Origin: Oligoflexia bacterium
Lineage (GTDB): Bacteria > Bdellovibrionota > Bdellovibrionia > JABDDW01
Assembly: GCA_023250675.1 (NCBI GenBank)
Contig: JAHFAE010000001.1
Location: forward strand, 31,635 to 95,634
Reading direction: 5' to 3'
Length of the DNA: 64,000 nt
In this document: in pieces, positions 1-8,861 of the stretch
Position numbering within the stretch: position 1 is the stretch's first letter
Layout of the letters: each line of letters begins with the position of its first letter
The notes under the pieces: generated by a model
Databases searched by the model: none
The model's input: only the letters and a program-made list of their open reading frames with translations
What the model was told of the DNA's origin: nothing
Program-made: the position numbers and the translations under genes

Positions 1-2
1 AT

Positions 3-911
3 TTGTCCAAAGGATTTAGAGACGAAATCGAAGGCCTTTTAGAATTTAACCTACCTCGGGTTCAGCAGCAGCTTGACAGTTTAGATGGCACTCGAAAATT
101 TTTGATGGAAGTTGAAAGTGAGAAAACCGTTGAATCTGTCCTCATACCAAATGGAGATAGGCTGACCCTTTGTGTATCCAGCGAAGTAGGTTGTGCAATG
201 GGTTGTCGATTTTGTTTCACTGCAAAAATGGGCCTCATGCGAAGACTTCATGCCTACGAAATTGTAGGTCAATTCATAAATGCTGCAAAATCTCTTGATG
301 ATGGTCGGCGCATAACGAATATTGTTTTTATGGGGATGGGTGAACCTCTCGACAATGTCGAAAATGTAACAAGGGCCATTGAAATTCTTCACGACCAGCG
401 GGGAATTGCCTTTGCCTTAAGAAAAATTACCGTATCTACGAGCGGTATAGTTCCCCAAATTCATCGAGTCGCCCAAGCTGGTGTGCGATTAGCTGTGAGT
501 TTAAATGCTACGACCGACGAAATCAGAGATAACGTAATGTCTATCAATCGCAAATATCCTCTCAATGAACTCTTAGATGCGTGTAAGGAATACGCCAAAG
601 AAACTGGAGAAATGATTACGTTTGAATACGTATTATTAAAAGGAGTTAACGACTCTCTAGATGATGCTCGTCGGATTGTTAAATTGACAAAAGGTATTCC
701 AAGCAAAATCAATCTCATTCCTTTTAACGAACATCCAGGGTCAGGTTTTGTACGACCAGCGAGTCAAGAGGTCGCTGAATTTCAGAGTTTATTAATGAAA
801 TTAGGAAAGCATGTTCTCGTTCGTCGCACAATGGGGAGGGATATTTATGCGGCGTGTGGACAACTTCGGTCTGAAATGGAAAAACATCCAGAAAAAATGG
901 CAATTCATTAG
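3..911 (+). CDS. rlmN: 23S rRNA (adenine2503-C2)-methyltransferase RlmN, radical SAM family. N-terminus is cut by the window edge.
   Basis: CxxxCxxC radical-SAM cluster 'CAMGCRFCFTAKMG' and the conserved RlmN/Cfr core 'GMGEPL', 'VSTSG', 'NLIPFN'. The ORF runs into the 5' edge of the window. Confidence 0.9.
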   Translation: MSKGFRDEIEGLLEFNLPRVQQQLDSLDGTRKFLMEVESEKTVESVLIPNGDRLTLCVSSEVGCAMGCRFCFTAKMGLMRRLHAYEIVGQFINAAKSLDDGRRITNIVFMGMGEPLDNVENVTRAIEILHDQRGIAFALRKITVSTSGIVPQIHRVAQAGVRLAVSLNATTDEIRDNVMSINRKYPLNELLDACKEYAKETGEMITFEYVLLKGVNDSLDDARRIVKLTKGIPSKINLIPFNEHPGSGFVRPASQEVAEFQSLLMKLGKHVLVRRTMGRDIYAACGQLRSEMEKHPEKMAIH

Positions 912-964
912 ACCCTCACGTCTCGATCAGTTATAAAAGGATCCTAAAATCGGAGATCATAAAA

Positions 965-1876
965 ATGGGCAAAATTCTAGTAGTAGGTAGCCTTGCTTAT
1001 GACAGTTTGACAACTCCTGCAGGTAAAGTTCAGCGAGTTCTTGGGGGCAGTGCGAATTATTTTGCAATGAGCGCTTCATTGTTTGCACCAGTGCAAGTAG
1101 TTGGAGTTGTAGGCGACGATTATCAATCAGAGCACAAACAAATGCTTGTTAATCGGGGAGTTGATGTCAAAGGAATCGAGCACGTTCGCGGAAAAACCTT
1201 TCATTGGGAAGGAGCTTACGGAAATGACTTAAACGAAGCAAAATCACTTAAAACAGAGCTAAATGTATTTGAGTATTTTCATCCCAAACTACCCAGTGGA
1301 TTTGATTCGTCGGAATATGTATTTTTAGCGAATATTGACCCCATTCTCCAGGCGGAGGTTTTAGCACAAATTTCTAAACCTAAGCTCATTGTGGCAGATA
1401 CGATGAATTTTTGGATTCAAACCAAAATATTGGATTTGAGTGCTATGTTAAAACGAATTCACATTCTGCTCATCAATGAAGGTGAAGCAAAACAATTAAC
1501 TCAAACGAGTAACGCGGTAGCAGCTGCTGAAAAAATCGTTGAAATGGGTCCAAAGAGTGTTGTTATAAAAAGAGGCGAGTACGGATTCTTGCTTTATTCT
1601 ATGGGGAAGTGTTTTGCTCTTCCCGCGTATCCGCTGAAAACGGTTATTGATCCGACTGGGGCAGGAGATACATTTGCGGGTGGATTCATGGGATATCTTG
1701 CAAAATTTGATCTTGCCGGAAACTTAGGTGCATTGAAAATGGCATCAGTTTATGGAACTCTCATGGCCAGTTTTACGGTTCAAGATTTCGGCTTGAGAGC
1801 CTTAGAATCCTTGACCATGAACCAGTTTGAAAGAAGACATTTAGAATTTCGAGAGATTGTCTCGGTGAACGTCTAG
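965..1876 (+). CDS. PfkB/ribokinase-family carbohydrate or nucleoside kinase
   Basis: N-terminal 'ILVVGSLAYD' and C-terminal 'DPTGAGDTFAGGFMG' PfkB signature motifs; 303 aa. Confidence 0.8.
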   Translation: MGKILVVGSLAYDSLTTPAGKVQRVLGGSANYFAMSASLFAPVQVVGVVGDDYQSEHKQMLVNRGVDVKGIEHVRGKTFHWEGAYGNDLNEAKSLKTELNVFEYFHPKLPSGFDSSEYVFLANIDPILQAEVLAQISKPKLIVADTMNFWIQTKILDLSAMLKRIHILLINEGEAKQLTQTSNAVAAAEKIVEMGPKSVVIKRGEYGFLLYSMGKCFALPAYPLKTVIDPTGAGDTFAGGFMGYLAKFDLAGNLGALKMASVYGTLMASFTVQDFGLRALESLTMNQFERRHLEFREIVSVNV

Positions 1877-1964
1877 GGACATTGGTCGAAATATAAATTT
1901 GTAATAAGCTAAAAACATCAATCTTCTAAAACCCTTAGTCACGATTCCCGATAAGAAATTTGAC

Positions 1965-3005
1965 ATGAAATCACCAAAGAAACGCGATCTTGCAAAAGAT
2001 CTTGTGGACTTCCTGCTCACTGAAGAAGATCAAGGCAAGGCCGTGCCAAAAAAAGACGCATCTGAAGATTCCTCAGAAATGCCGACAGCGCAAATCTCAT
2101 TAGAGCCTCCTGAGTTTGATTTGAATTTAGGCGATGAAAAAGTGCCAGAAGTCAACTTTGTCAATCCAACATCGAAAGCGCAAGAGTTGACGAAACCTTT
2201 GCCTGCAAAAAACTTTAAACTTAAACCCGCGAAGCCCGAACCAGCCAAACAGGAGCCTTCAGAAGAACCAACTTACGATGTCTCAAAGGAATCTGCCAGA
2301 GACCGTAATCAAACTGTAAAAATAGAATCAAGCGTAGAAAAGGTTGTGCCATTTAAAAATGGACCGCAAGCCATACCAACTTCAGGAAGGGGTAAACAAA
2401 TTCTCAATGAAGTAAATGCTTTAGCGGGAAGTGTGGAAGCCATAAGGGTAGCACAGGGGCGAATCGTCGCGGTCGAAAAAGAAAAGGATTACTTTAGAAA
2501 CGAGTCAGAAAAGCTTCTTGTGGCTTCAGAAAAATACCAACATCATGTTTTTGAATTAAAAGCCAAACTTGAAACTCTAGAGAGAAAGCACAAGGAAAAA
2601 GTAGAAATTTTAGAAGAAGAAAAATTGGTTCTTAAAACACGGCTCGCGGTTCGAGAGACAGAATTGGGGCAACTCAAAAGTGATCATGTTGACTTTCAAT
2701 CTCGTTTTCAAAACGAGGTACGTAAAGTCAGGGTGAGAGAACGGGAACTTGAAAATCGTTATGAATTATTAAAGGCCGAAGAATCGGCACTCTTACAAAC
2801 TAAAGATGAAACCATATTGCAATTGAAGCGTCAGCTCGAACAGCTCCATTTTGAAATTGAAAATTTTAGAGTTAAATCAGCAGATTTAAATACTAAGATA
2901 AACGATTTTCACGATCGTAATCACAAAACGGTAAAAGCATTAAGACTGGCACTTAACATTTTAGAAATAGGAGACGGCGATGATCCTAAAAAGGCAACAG
3001 GATGA
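1965..3005 (+). CDS. Hypothetical protein. The N-terminal half is Pro/Glu/Lys-rich low complexity and the C-terminal half is a long coiled coil.
   Basis: 346-aa ORF with no TM segment and a heptad-rich C-terminus ('LKAKLETLERKHKEKVEILEEEKLVLKTRL...'). Its stop overlaps the start of the next gene (ATGA at 3002). Confidence 0.6.
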   Translation: MKSPKKRDLAKDLVDFLLTEEDQGKAVPKKDASEDSSEMPTAQISLEPPEFDLNLGDEKVPEVNFVNPTSKAQELTKPLPAKNFKLKPAKPEPAKQEPSEEPTYDVSKESARDRNQTVKIESSVEKVVPFKNGPQAIPTSGRGKQILNEVNALAGSVEAIRVAQGRIVAVEKEKDYFRNESEKLLVASEKYQHHVFELKAKLETLERKHKEKVEILEEEKLVLKTRLAVRETELGQLKSDHVDFQSRFQNEVRKVRVRERELENRYELLKAEESALLQTKDETILQLKRQLEQLHFEIENFRVKSADLNTKINDFHDRNHKTVKALRLALNILEIGDGDDPKKATG

Positions 3006-4411
3006 GAGAAAACCGAATCATTTTTCTTGATGATGATCCTAAAACAGGTCAACGTCTAAAGCGAAGTCTGGAAGAGAAGGGGTTTAAGATTGTTGAACCC
3101 CAAGACATGAACGAGGCTAGCCTCGAAGTCATTCATAATGGCGCAGAGCTTTTCATTCACGTTGCCCATAAATCTAAAACTTACTGGAGTCTATGTGAGG
3201 ACTTTTTCAAGCATTTTCCGCAATTTTCAAGCATTCATTTTGCCAGTGGCCCTGAGTCCGAAGAATATTTAAAGAAAATGAAAGGACCGTTTCATCATCG
3301 AATGCGTCACCTTATGCCTGAAAAGGAATTTCTAAAAAAAGTTAGAAAACTCATATTCTTTAACAGAATTCGTCGTGAAAATCTCCTTTTGAAGAAAACT
3401 TTGGAGCTCAATCAGCAATCTGAAAAATTATTTTCCACCTTAGATCTCGAAACTTTAAAGAAAGAGTTTGTAGAATTTTTTAAGACTCAATCTAAAGGTG
3501 AGAATGCCTTCTTTCTGGTTCCTGGTTATTACGGTTATCTTATTAAAGAGGGCTGGAATGTCACCCCCATTCAAGCTCATGGGGACAAAATTAAGAAGCA
3601 AAAATATAGTGTTGTGTCGGCTGTTCCGTGTGACGAGCAAGAATTAGCTGATATTTTTCAAACTGCTACAGATTTTTTACCTACGGGTTGGGAATTGCAT
3701 AAGAATAAATTATTTATTAAACGTCAAGGGCAAATGAAATGTTCTGCATGGATTCTTCCCATTATAGGGCATGAATCGGGTCGAATATTTGGGCATATTC
3801 TCATCACTAACCCCATTTTTGATAAAGAATCAGTTATGATGAATGCCCTCCCCCATATGATGAAAGTGCTTGGGAGACATTTTGAACACGTCAATAGCTT
3901 TTCTGATGCGAAGAGTCTCAGTTACATCGATGATCTCACTGATCTTTACAATCAAAGATATTTGCGACTAATTTTGGACAAAGAAATAGATCGATGCCAA
4001 CGAACAAATTCATGCTTTTCAGTTTTATTTATGGACATTGATCATTTCAAAAGAGTTAATGATAGCCGGGGGCATCTTGTAGGAAGTAAACTTCTCGTGG
4101 CGCTTTCAAAAATATTGCATGCCAATATCAGAACTTCTGACTATGGATTTAGATACGGGGGAGATGAGTTCCTCCTTGTTCTCGTAGGCACTGGTAGCGA
4201 AACGGCATTGACTGTTGCAGAAAGAATTAGAAAACGGGTTGAAGAGGCTACATTTGATATAGAAGGCGTAAAAATTAAAATGACATTAAGTGTAGGAATC
4301 GCCACCTATCCAGATCACGCGTCTTCGAGGGATCAAATTATAGAGATTGCCGATAAAGCGATGTACAGCGGCAAGAGTAAGTCTCGCAATATTGTCTACG
4401 TAGCAAGTTGA
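3002..4411 (+). CDS. GGDEF-domain nucleotidyl cyclase of the Hypr (Ser-for-Asp) type, DgcA/Bd0367-like, with an N-terminal receiver-like domain
   Basis: Active site 'RYGGDEF'. I-site 'RTSD' sits 5 residues upstream. The base-selectivity position reads 'NDSRGHLVGSKLL' (GS instead of canonical GD). The N-terminus 'IIFLDDDP...' resembles a degenerate REC domain. Confidence 0.85.
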   Translation: MRENRIIFLDDDPKTGQRLKRSLEEKGFKIVEPQDMNEASLEVIHNGAELFIHVAHKSKTYWSLCEDFFKHFPQFSSIHFASGPESEEYLKKMKGPFHHRMRHLMPEKEFLKKVRKLIFFNRIRRENLLLKKTLELNQQSEKLFSTLDLETLKKEFVEFFKTQSKGENAFFLVPGYYGYLIKEGWNVTPIQAHGDKIKKQKYSVVSAVPCDEQELADIFQTATDFLPTGWELHKNKLFIKRQGQMKCSAWILPIIGHESGRIFGHILITNPIFDKESVMMNALPHMMKVLGRHFEHVNSFSDAKSLSYIDDLTDLYNQRYLRLILDKEIDRCQRTNSCFSVLFMDIDHFKRVNDSRGHLVGSKLLVALSKILHANIRTSDYGFRYGGDEFLLVLVGTGSETALTVAERIRKRVEEATFDIEGVKIKMTLSVGIATYPDHASSRDQIIEIADKAMYSGKSKSRNIVYVAS

Positions 4412-4414
4412 AAA

Positions 4415-5494
4415 ATGAGAAAAATAAAGCTTGTTGTCAGTGATTTTCATCTGGGAAAAGGACAAGTCCTACGTGATGGTTCACTCAATATTTTTGAAGA
4501 ATTCTATTATGACGACAAGTTTACTGAATTTTTAGACTATTACTCAACGGGCGAATTTGAAAATGCCGAAGTTGAACTCGTTATTAACGGCGATTTCTTT
4601 AACCTTCTGCAGACTGACTATAAGGGGCATTTTACTACGGTTTTGACCGAACCTATGGATCTCCACAAAGTAAAATCTATTATAGATGGACATCGTATTA
4701 TATTTGAAGCCCTAAGACGGTTTGCCTCTAGAGCCAATAAGCGGATCACCTATATTGTTGGTAATCATGATCAAGGGATGCTTTGGCAAAAGACTCGAGA
4801 ATATCTCGATGAGTTCTGTGGCACACGAATCAATTACAAGAACATAGTCTATTTTTTTGATGGGGTACATATTGAGCATGGCCACCAGCACGAAGCGGCA
4901 AATCGTATTGACCCGAAGAAATTTTTCCTAAAACAGAATTTACCCGAGCCGATTTTAAATCTACCTTGGGCTTCTCACTTTTTTGTCAATTTTGTATTGA
5001 AAATAAAAGAACAAATGCCCTATGTAGATAAAGTAAGGCCATTTCACTCATTTATTCGTTGGGGACTTATTAACCAATTTGGTTTTTCTATAAAAACCAT
5101 TTTTCGACTATTATGGAATCTCATTGTCAATGGCTTGGGTCGAGATTATCGTCGGCAGCGTTTTTCGTTAAGAACAAATCTACAAATTATAAAGGAAAGT
5201 GCTATTTTTCCTGATCTAGAGAATTCTGCACGTAAAATTCTAGCCGATGACAGGGTGCACACCGTAGTTTTTGGTCACACACACGTTTACCTCTATCGAC
5301 AATGGGGTAATAACAAAGAGTATATCAATACAGGAACGTGGACAGAGATAACAAGTCTTGATATTGCAAACTTAGGAAAAATAACAAAGCTGACCTATGT
5401 TCTTATTGAATATCCCAATGAGGGTGGTCGGCCCAGAGCCAGACTCAAAGAGTGGCGTGGGCATTATCGAGTTGAGTTTGACGTTGCAATTTAA
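4415..5494 (+). CDS. Calcineurin-like metallophosphoesterase, LpxH-like
   Basis: Motifs 'SDFHLGKG', 'INGDFFN', 'VGNHDQG', 'IEHGHQHE', 'VVFGHTHVY' align with the LpxH/MPE motif set. It starts 3 nt after the GGDEF gene. Confidence 0.75.
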   Translation: MRKIKLVVSDFHLGKGQVLRDGSLNIFEEFYYDDKFTEFLDYYSTGEFENAEVELVINGDFFNLLQTDYKGHFTTVLTEPMDLHKVKSIIDGHRIIFEALRRFASRANKRITYIVGNHDQGMLWQKTREYLDEFCGTRINYKNIVYFFDGVHIEHGHQHEAANRIDPKKFFLKQNLPEPILNLPWASHFFVNFVLKIKEQMPYVDKVRPFHSFIRWGLINQFGFSIKTIFRLLWNLIVNGLGRDYRRQRFSLRTNLQIIKESAIFPDLENSARKILADDRVHTVVFGHTHVYLYRQWGNNKEYINTGTWTEITSLDIANLGKITKLTYVLIEYPNEGGRPRARLKEWRGHYRVEFDVAI

Positions 5495-5518
5495 CATCAG
5501 CATAAAAATGGAGATCAG

Positions 5519-6670
5519 ATGATTTTCAGCCAAGAACAAGAAATGTTAGCAAAAACCGTCCGCGATTTCGCCGAGAAAGAGTTAGCACCTGGTGCAGCCA
5601 CAAGAGACGAAAAAGAATCATTTGATCGAGAGCTTTTTGTAAAACTCGGTGAATTGGGATTATTGGGGATAACAGTTCCAGAACAATATGGTGGGTCTGG
5701 ATTAAATGCCACCGCTGCCACAATTGTCATGGAAGAACTCGGTGCTGTTTGCGCTTCTACTGCCTTGTCCTATCTCGCCCATTCTATGCTGGCGGTGCAC
5801 AATTTAAGTGTAAATGGGAGTGAAGACCAAAAAAAGAAATATCTTCCTAAATTATGTAGCGGAGAATGGATCGGTGGCATGGGAATGACCGAACCTGGAG
5901 CGGGAAGTGACTTGCTGGGAATGAAAACCAAAGCCGAAAAAAAAGGAAATGTCTATTTACTCAACGGGACAAAGACTTTCATTACTAATGGGTCGGTTGG
6001 AGATTTTTTTCTGTGTTATGCACGAATTGGTTCAGAGAAAAAAGCGATTGGAACCTTTTTAGTAGAGAAAAGTTTTAAGGGCTTTAGTGTAGGCAAAAAA
6101 CTTCACAAGCTTGGCATGCGGGCTAGTCCGACGAGCGAGCTAGTTTTTGAAAACTGTGAAGTGCCAAAAGAAAACTTAGTGGGCCGCGAAGGTGAAAGTG
6201 TGGGCCACATGATGCGAAACCTCAATATTGAAAGGGTAACCATTGCTGGAATTAGTAATGGAATCGCTCGCGCGGCTTTGGATTTTTCAAACAAGTATTC
6301 TACACAGAGGCGGCAATTTGAAAGACCCATTGGCCACTTTCAGATGGTACAAAAGATGATCGCAGACAACTTTTCTCATTACATGGCAAGTCGTGCCTTG
6401 ACGTTTCATTGTGCAAAACTTGTGGATGATCAAAAAGGTTCAAACCTGATGGCTGCCGCTTGCAAAGTATTCGCTGCTGAAATGGCCACGAAGGTAGCTC
6501 TTAACGCTATACAAATTTTAGGTGGCTACGGTTATACCAAAGAGTATCCAGTAGAACGCTTTATGAGAGATGCAAAACTTATGGAGATCGGCGCTGGAAC
6601 TAGCGAAGTCATGCGCCTGATTATAGCCCGCGATCTATTAAAAGAAATCGATTCTAGCTATGACTGGTGA
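5519..6670 (+). CDS. Acyl-CoA dehydrogenase (isovaleryl/short-chain type)
   Basis: 383 aa with 'GMTEPGAGSD', 'YGGYGYTKEYPVERFMRDAK' and other ACAD motifs. Confidence 0.9.
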   Translation: MIFSQEQEMLAKTVRDFAEKELAPGAATRDEKESFDRELFVKLGELGLLGITVPEQYGGSGLNATAATIVMEELGAVCASTALSYLAHSMLAVHNLSVNGSEDQKKKYLPKLCSGEWIGGMGMTEPGAGSDLLGMKTKAEKKGNVYLLNGTKTFITNGSVGDFFLCYARIGSEKKAIGTFLVEKSFKGFSVGKKLHKLGMRASPTSELVFENCEVPKENLVGREGESVGHMMRNLNIERVTIAGISNGIARAALDFSNKYSTQRRQFERPIGHFQMVQKMIADNFSHYMASRALTFHCAKLVDDQKGSNLMAAACKVFAAEMATKVALNAIQILGGYGYTKEYPVERFMRDAKLMEIGAGTSEVMRLIIARDLLKEIDSSYDW

Positions 6671-7898
6671 TTTATTAAATTTTGATCCTGGTAATGTGAA
6701 ATCTGAAGCTGAAGATAAAATTCTTCAAGCATTAGAGTCCATCAGAAATGCTGGAGAGGCCCAGAAGCCCGATATGGGTTGGGTCGGACTCCCATTTGAA
6801 ATCAAATATATTAAAATGGTTCAAAATTGGAAGAAAACAGTCAGCAAAAAACAATTAACACTATGTGTATTAGGCATAGGCGGTAGTAGTCTCGGCGCAA
6901 AAGCAGTTTATGATTTTTTGATGCCAGATTCGAAAGTTCTGTTTTTTGACAATATTGACGGAGATTGGTTTCAGAAAAGACTAAAATCAATTGATTTTGA
7001 AGACTGCCATTTTCTGGCCATTTCGAAAAGTGGTGAGACATGTGAGACTTTGTTTCAGCTCGAACACGTTTGCCAAGAATTGAAGGCGAAAAAATTAGCA
7101 TTTGGAAATCACATTACGGTGATAACAGAGGATAAATCGAGCCGTTTAAAAAGCTTTTGTGAAGAGTTTAGTTTGAGATTTCTCCCAGTTCCCAATGATG
7201 TGGGGGGACGTTTTTCTGTCTTTTCGAATGTGGGATTGGCGCCTCTGGTTTGGGCCGGTGTTCCAGCCCGCAAATTATTTGAAGGCGCCCTTTGGGCTTC
7301 AAAACAAAAGAAACTGGTAGCTCAAATTGCCAGTTTTTATTTGAAATCTCTTTCTAGAGAAGAGTGGATCAACGTGCTCTGGATGTATGTTGAAAACTTG
7401 AGAACCTTTGGTCTTTGGTTTGAACAGCTTTGGGCTGAGAGTTTGGGCAAATCACTTGATCACTCAGGGAAGCCTGCGCCTCGTGTCAGTACACCTATGA
7501 CGTGCATTGGAGCCACTGACCAACATTCTTTGCTCCAACAATTTACGGAAGGGCCCAAAGACAAGAGTTTTCTTTTTATTCGAAGTCACGGCAGTGAAAC
7601 CTCAAAAGAAATTAAAAAACCTATTTCTCAAGCCTTGGAATTTACTAAAAATCACAGTGTTGGTAAATTGCTTGCCATTGAAGCCCAAGGTACTCAGAAA
7701 AATTTGGATGACTTAAATCTGCATACGGCACTACTTACAATAAATAAAAACGATGTCTATACCATTGGTGCTTTAATCTATCTCTTTGAACTAGTTGTTG
7801 CAACGTTGGGAGAAATATTAGAAATCAACGTTTATAACCAGCCAGGTGTGGAAGCCGTAAAAAAATTCACTTTGTCCGCTCTTGGCGGCTCGCGTTAG
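6660..7898 (+). CDS. pgi: Glucose-6-phosphate isomerase (short bacterial/archaeal-type PGI)
   Basis: SIS-domain motifs 'LGIGGSSLG', 'AISKSGETCET' and 'GGRFSVFSNVGL'. Overlaps the ACAD gene by 11 nt. Confidence 0.8.
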   Translation: MTGDLLNFDPGNVKSEAEDKILQALESIRNAGEAQKPDMGWVGLPFEIKYIKMVQNWKKTVSKKQLTLCVLGIGGSSLGAKAVYDFLMPDSKVLFFDNIDGDWFQKRLKSIDFEDCHFLAISKSGETCETLFQLEHVCQELKAKKLAFGNHITVITEDKSSRLKSFCEEFSLRFLPVPNDVGGRFSVFSNVGLAPLVWAGVPARKLFEGALWASKQKKLVAQIASFYLKSLSREEWINVLWMYVENLRTFGLWFEQLWAESLGKSLDHSGKPAPRVSTPMTCIGATDQHSLLQQFTEGPKDKSFLFIRSHGSETSKEIKKPISQALEFTKNHSVGKLLAIEAQGTQKNLDDLNLHTALLTINKNDVYTIGALIYLFELVVATLGEILEINVYNQPGVEAVKKFTLSALGGSR

Positions 7899-7943
7899 CT
7901 TTGTAAACTTGTTTAAAAAAGTCGCGCCTTTTATAATAACTCT

Positions 7944-8861
7944 ATGTCGGAAGAAAGTAAGTTAGATAAAACAAGCGTCGTTGACGGAGATACACTTAAA
8001 ATTAGGTTGGACGAAGTCCGTAAACGGCCTCCCGCATTGATTTTACTCATGGGCCCCACAGGCCTAATTGGTAAACAATGGCCTATTGATAAGAACGAAA
8101 TGTACATTGGCCGAGATATTAGTTGCGATGTGCAAATCGATGAAAAAAGCCTAAGTAAAAAACACGCAAAAATCGTCAAAAGCCAAGATGAAGTGTCTAT
8201 CATTGACCAAAAATCAACAAATGGCACGGAAATCTGCGGTGTAAAGCTAGAGCCCTTCGTCCCGTTATTATTAAATAATAACGATAGTATTAAACTTGGG
8301 AACATTATTTTTAAATTTGCCGAACAAGGTGCTTTAGATTCTGTTATGACAGCCATAAATTTTGATCGTGGCAATATGGATGGCTTGACTCAAGTTCTAA
8401 ATAAGGCCGCCATTCTGCGAAACCTGGATGAGAGTTTTAAAAAGGCCCTGCTCACAGAGACCAATTTGTCCCTTATCGTTTTTGATTTAGACCACTTTAA
8501 GAAAATTAACGATGCTCATGGTCATCAATGCGGCGACTACGTGTTGAGAGAAGTTTCTAATGTGGTCAAAAATCAACTTATTCGCTCAGGTGACACTTTT
8601 GGCAGGTACGGGGGCGAAGAATTTGTCATCATTTTATACGGCAGCTCACTCCAGAGAAGTTGCGATGTGGCAGAACGTATCCGTGCGACTATCGAAAAAC
8701 ACGATTTTGTTTTTGCCGCGGAAAAAATTCCAGTAACGGTTTCTCTTGGTGTTGCGTCACTGGATGGCAATATGAAAGGTCCCGAAGCTCTGTTCGCAAA
8801 AGCTGACAAAGCAACTTATGTGAGTAAGGGCGCCGGGCGCAATCGTGTCTCCACTATTTGA
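7944..8861 (+). CDS. FHA-domain diguanylate cyclase (FHA-GGDEF, DgcB-like)
   Basis: N-terminal FHA ('YIGRDISCDVQIDEKSLSKKHAKI...STNGT'). C-terminal GGDEF with 'RYGGEEF', I-site 'RSGD' and the canonical 'GHQCGDYVL'. Confidence 0.85.
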   Translation: MSEESKLDKTSVVDGDTLKIRLDEVRKRPPALILLMGPTGLIGKQWPIDKNEMYIGRDISCDVQIDEKSLSKKHAKIVKSQDEVSIIDQKSTNGTEICGVKLEPFVPLLLNNNDSIKLGNIIFKFAEQGALDSVMTAINFDRGNMDGLTQVLNKAAILRNLDESFKKALLTETNLSLIVFDLDHFKKINDAHGHQCGDYVLREVSNVVKNQLIRSGDTFGRYGGEEFVIILYGSSLQRSCDVAERIRATIEKHDFVFAAEKIPVTVSLGVASLDGNMKGPEALFAKADKATYVSKGAGRNRVSTI

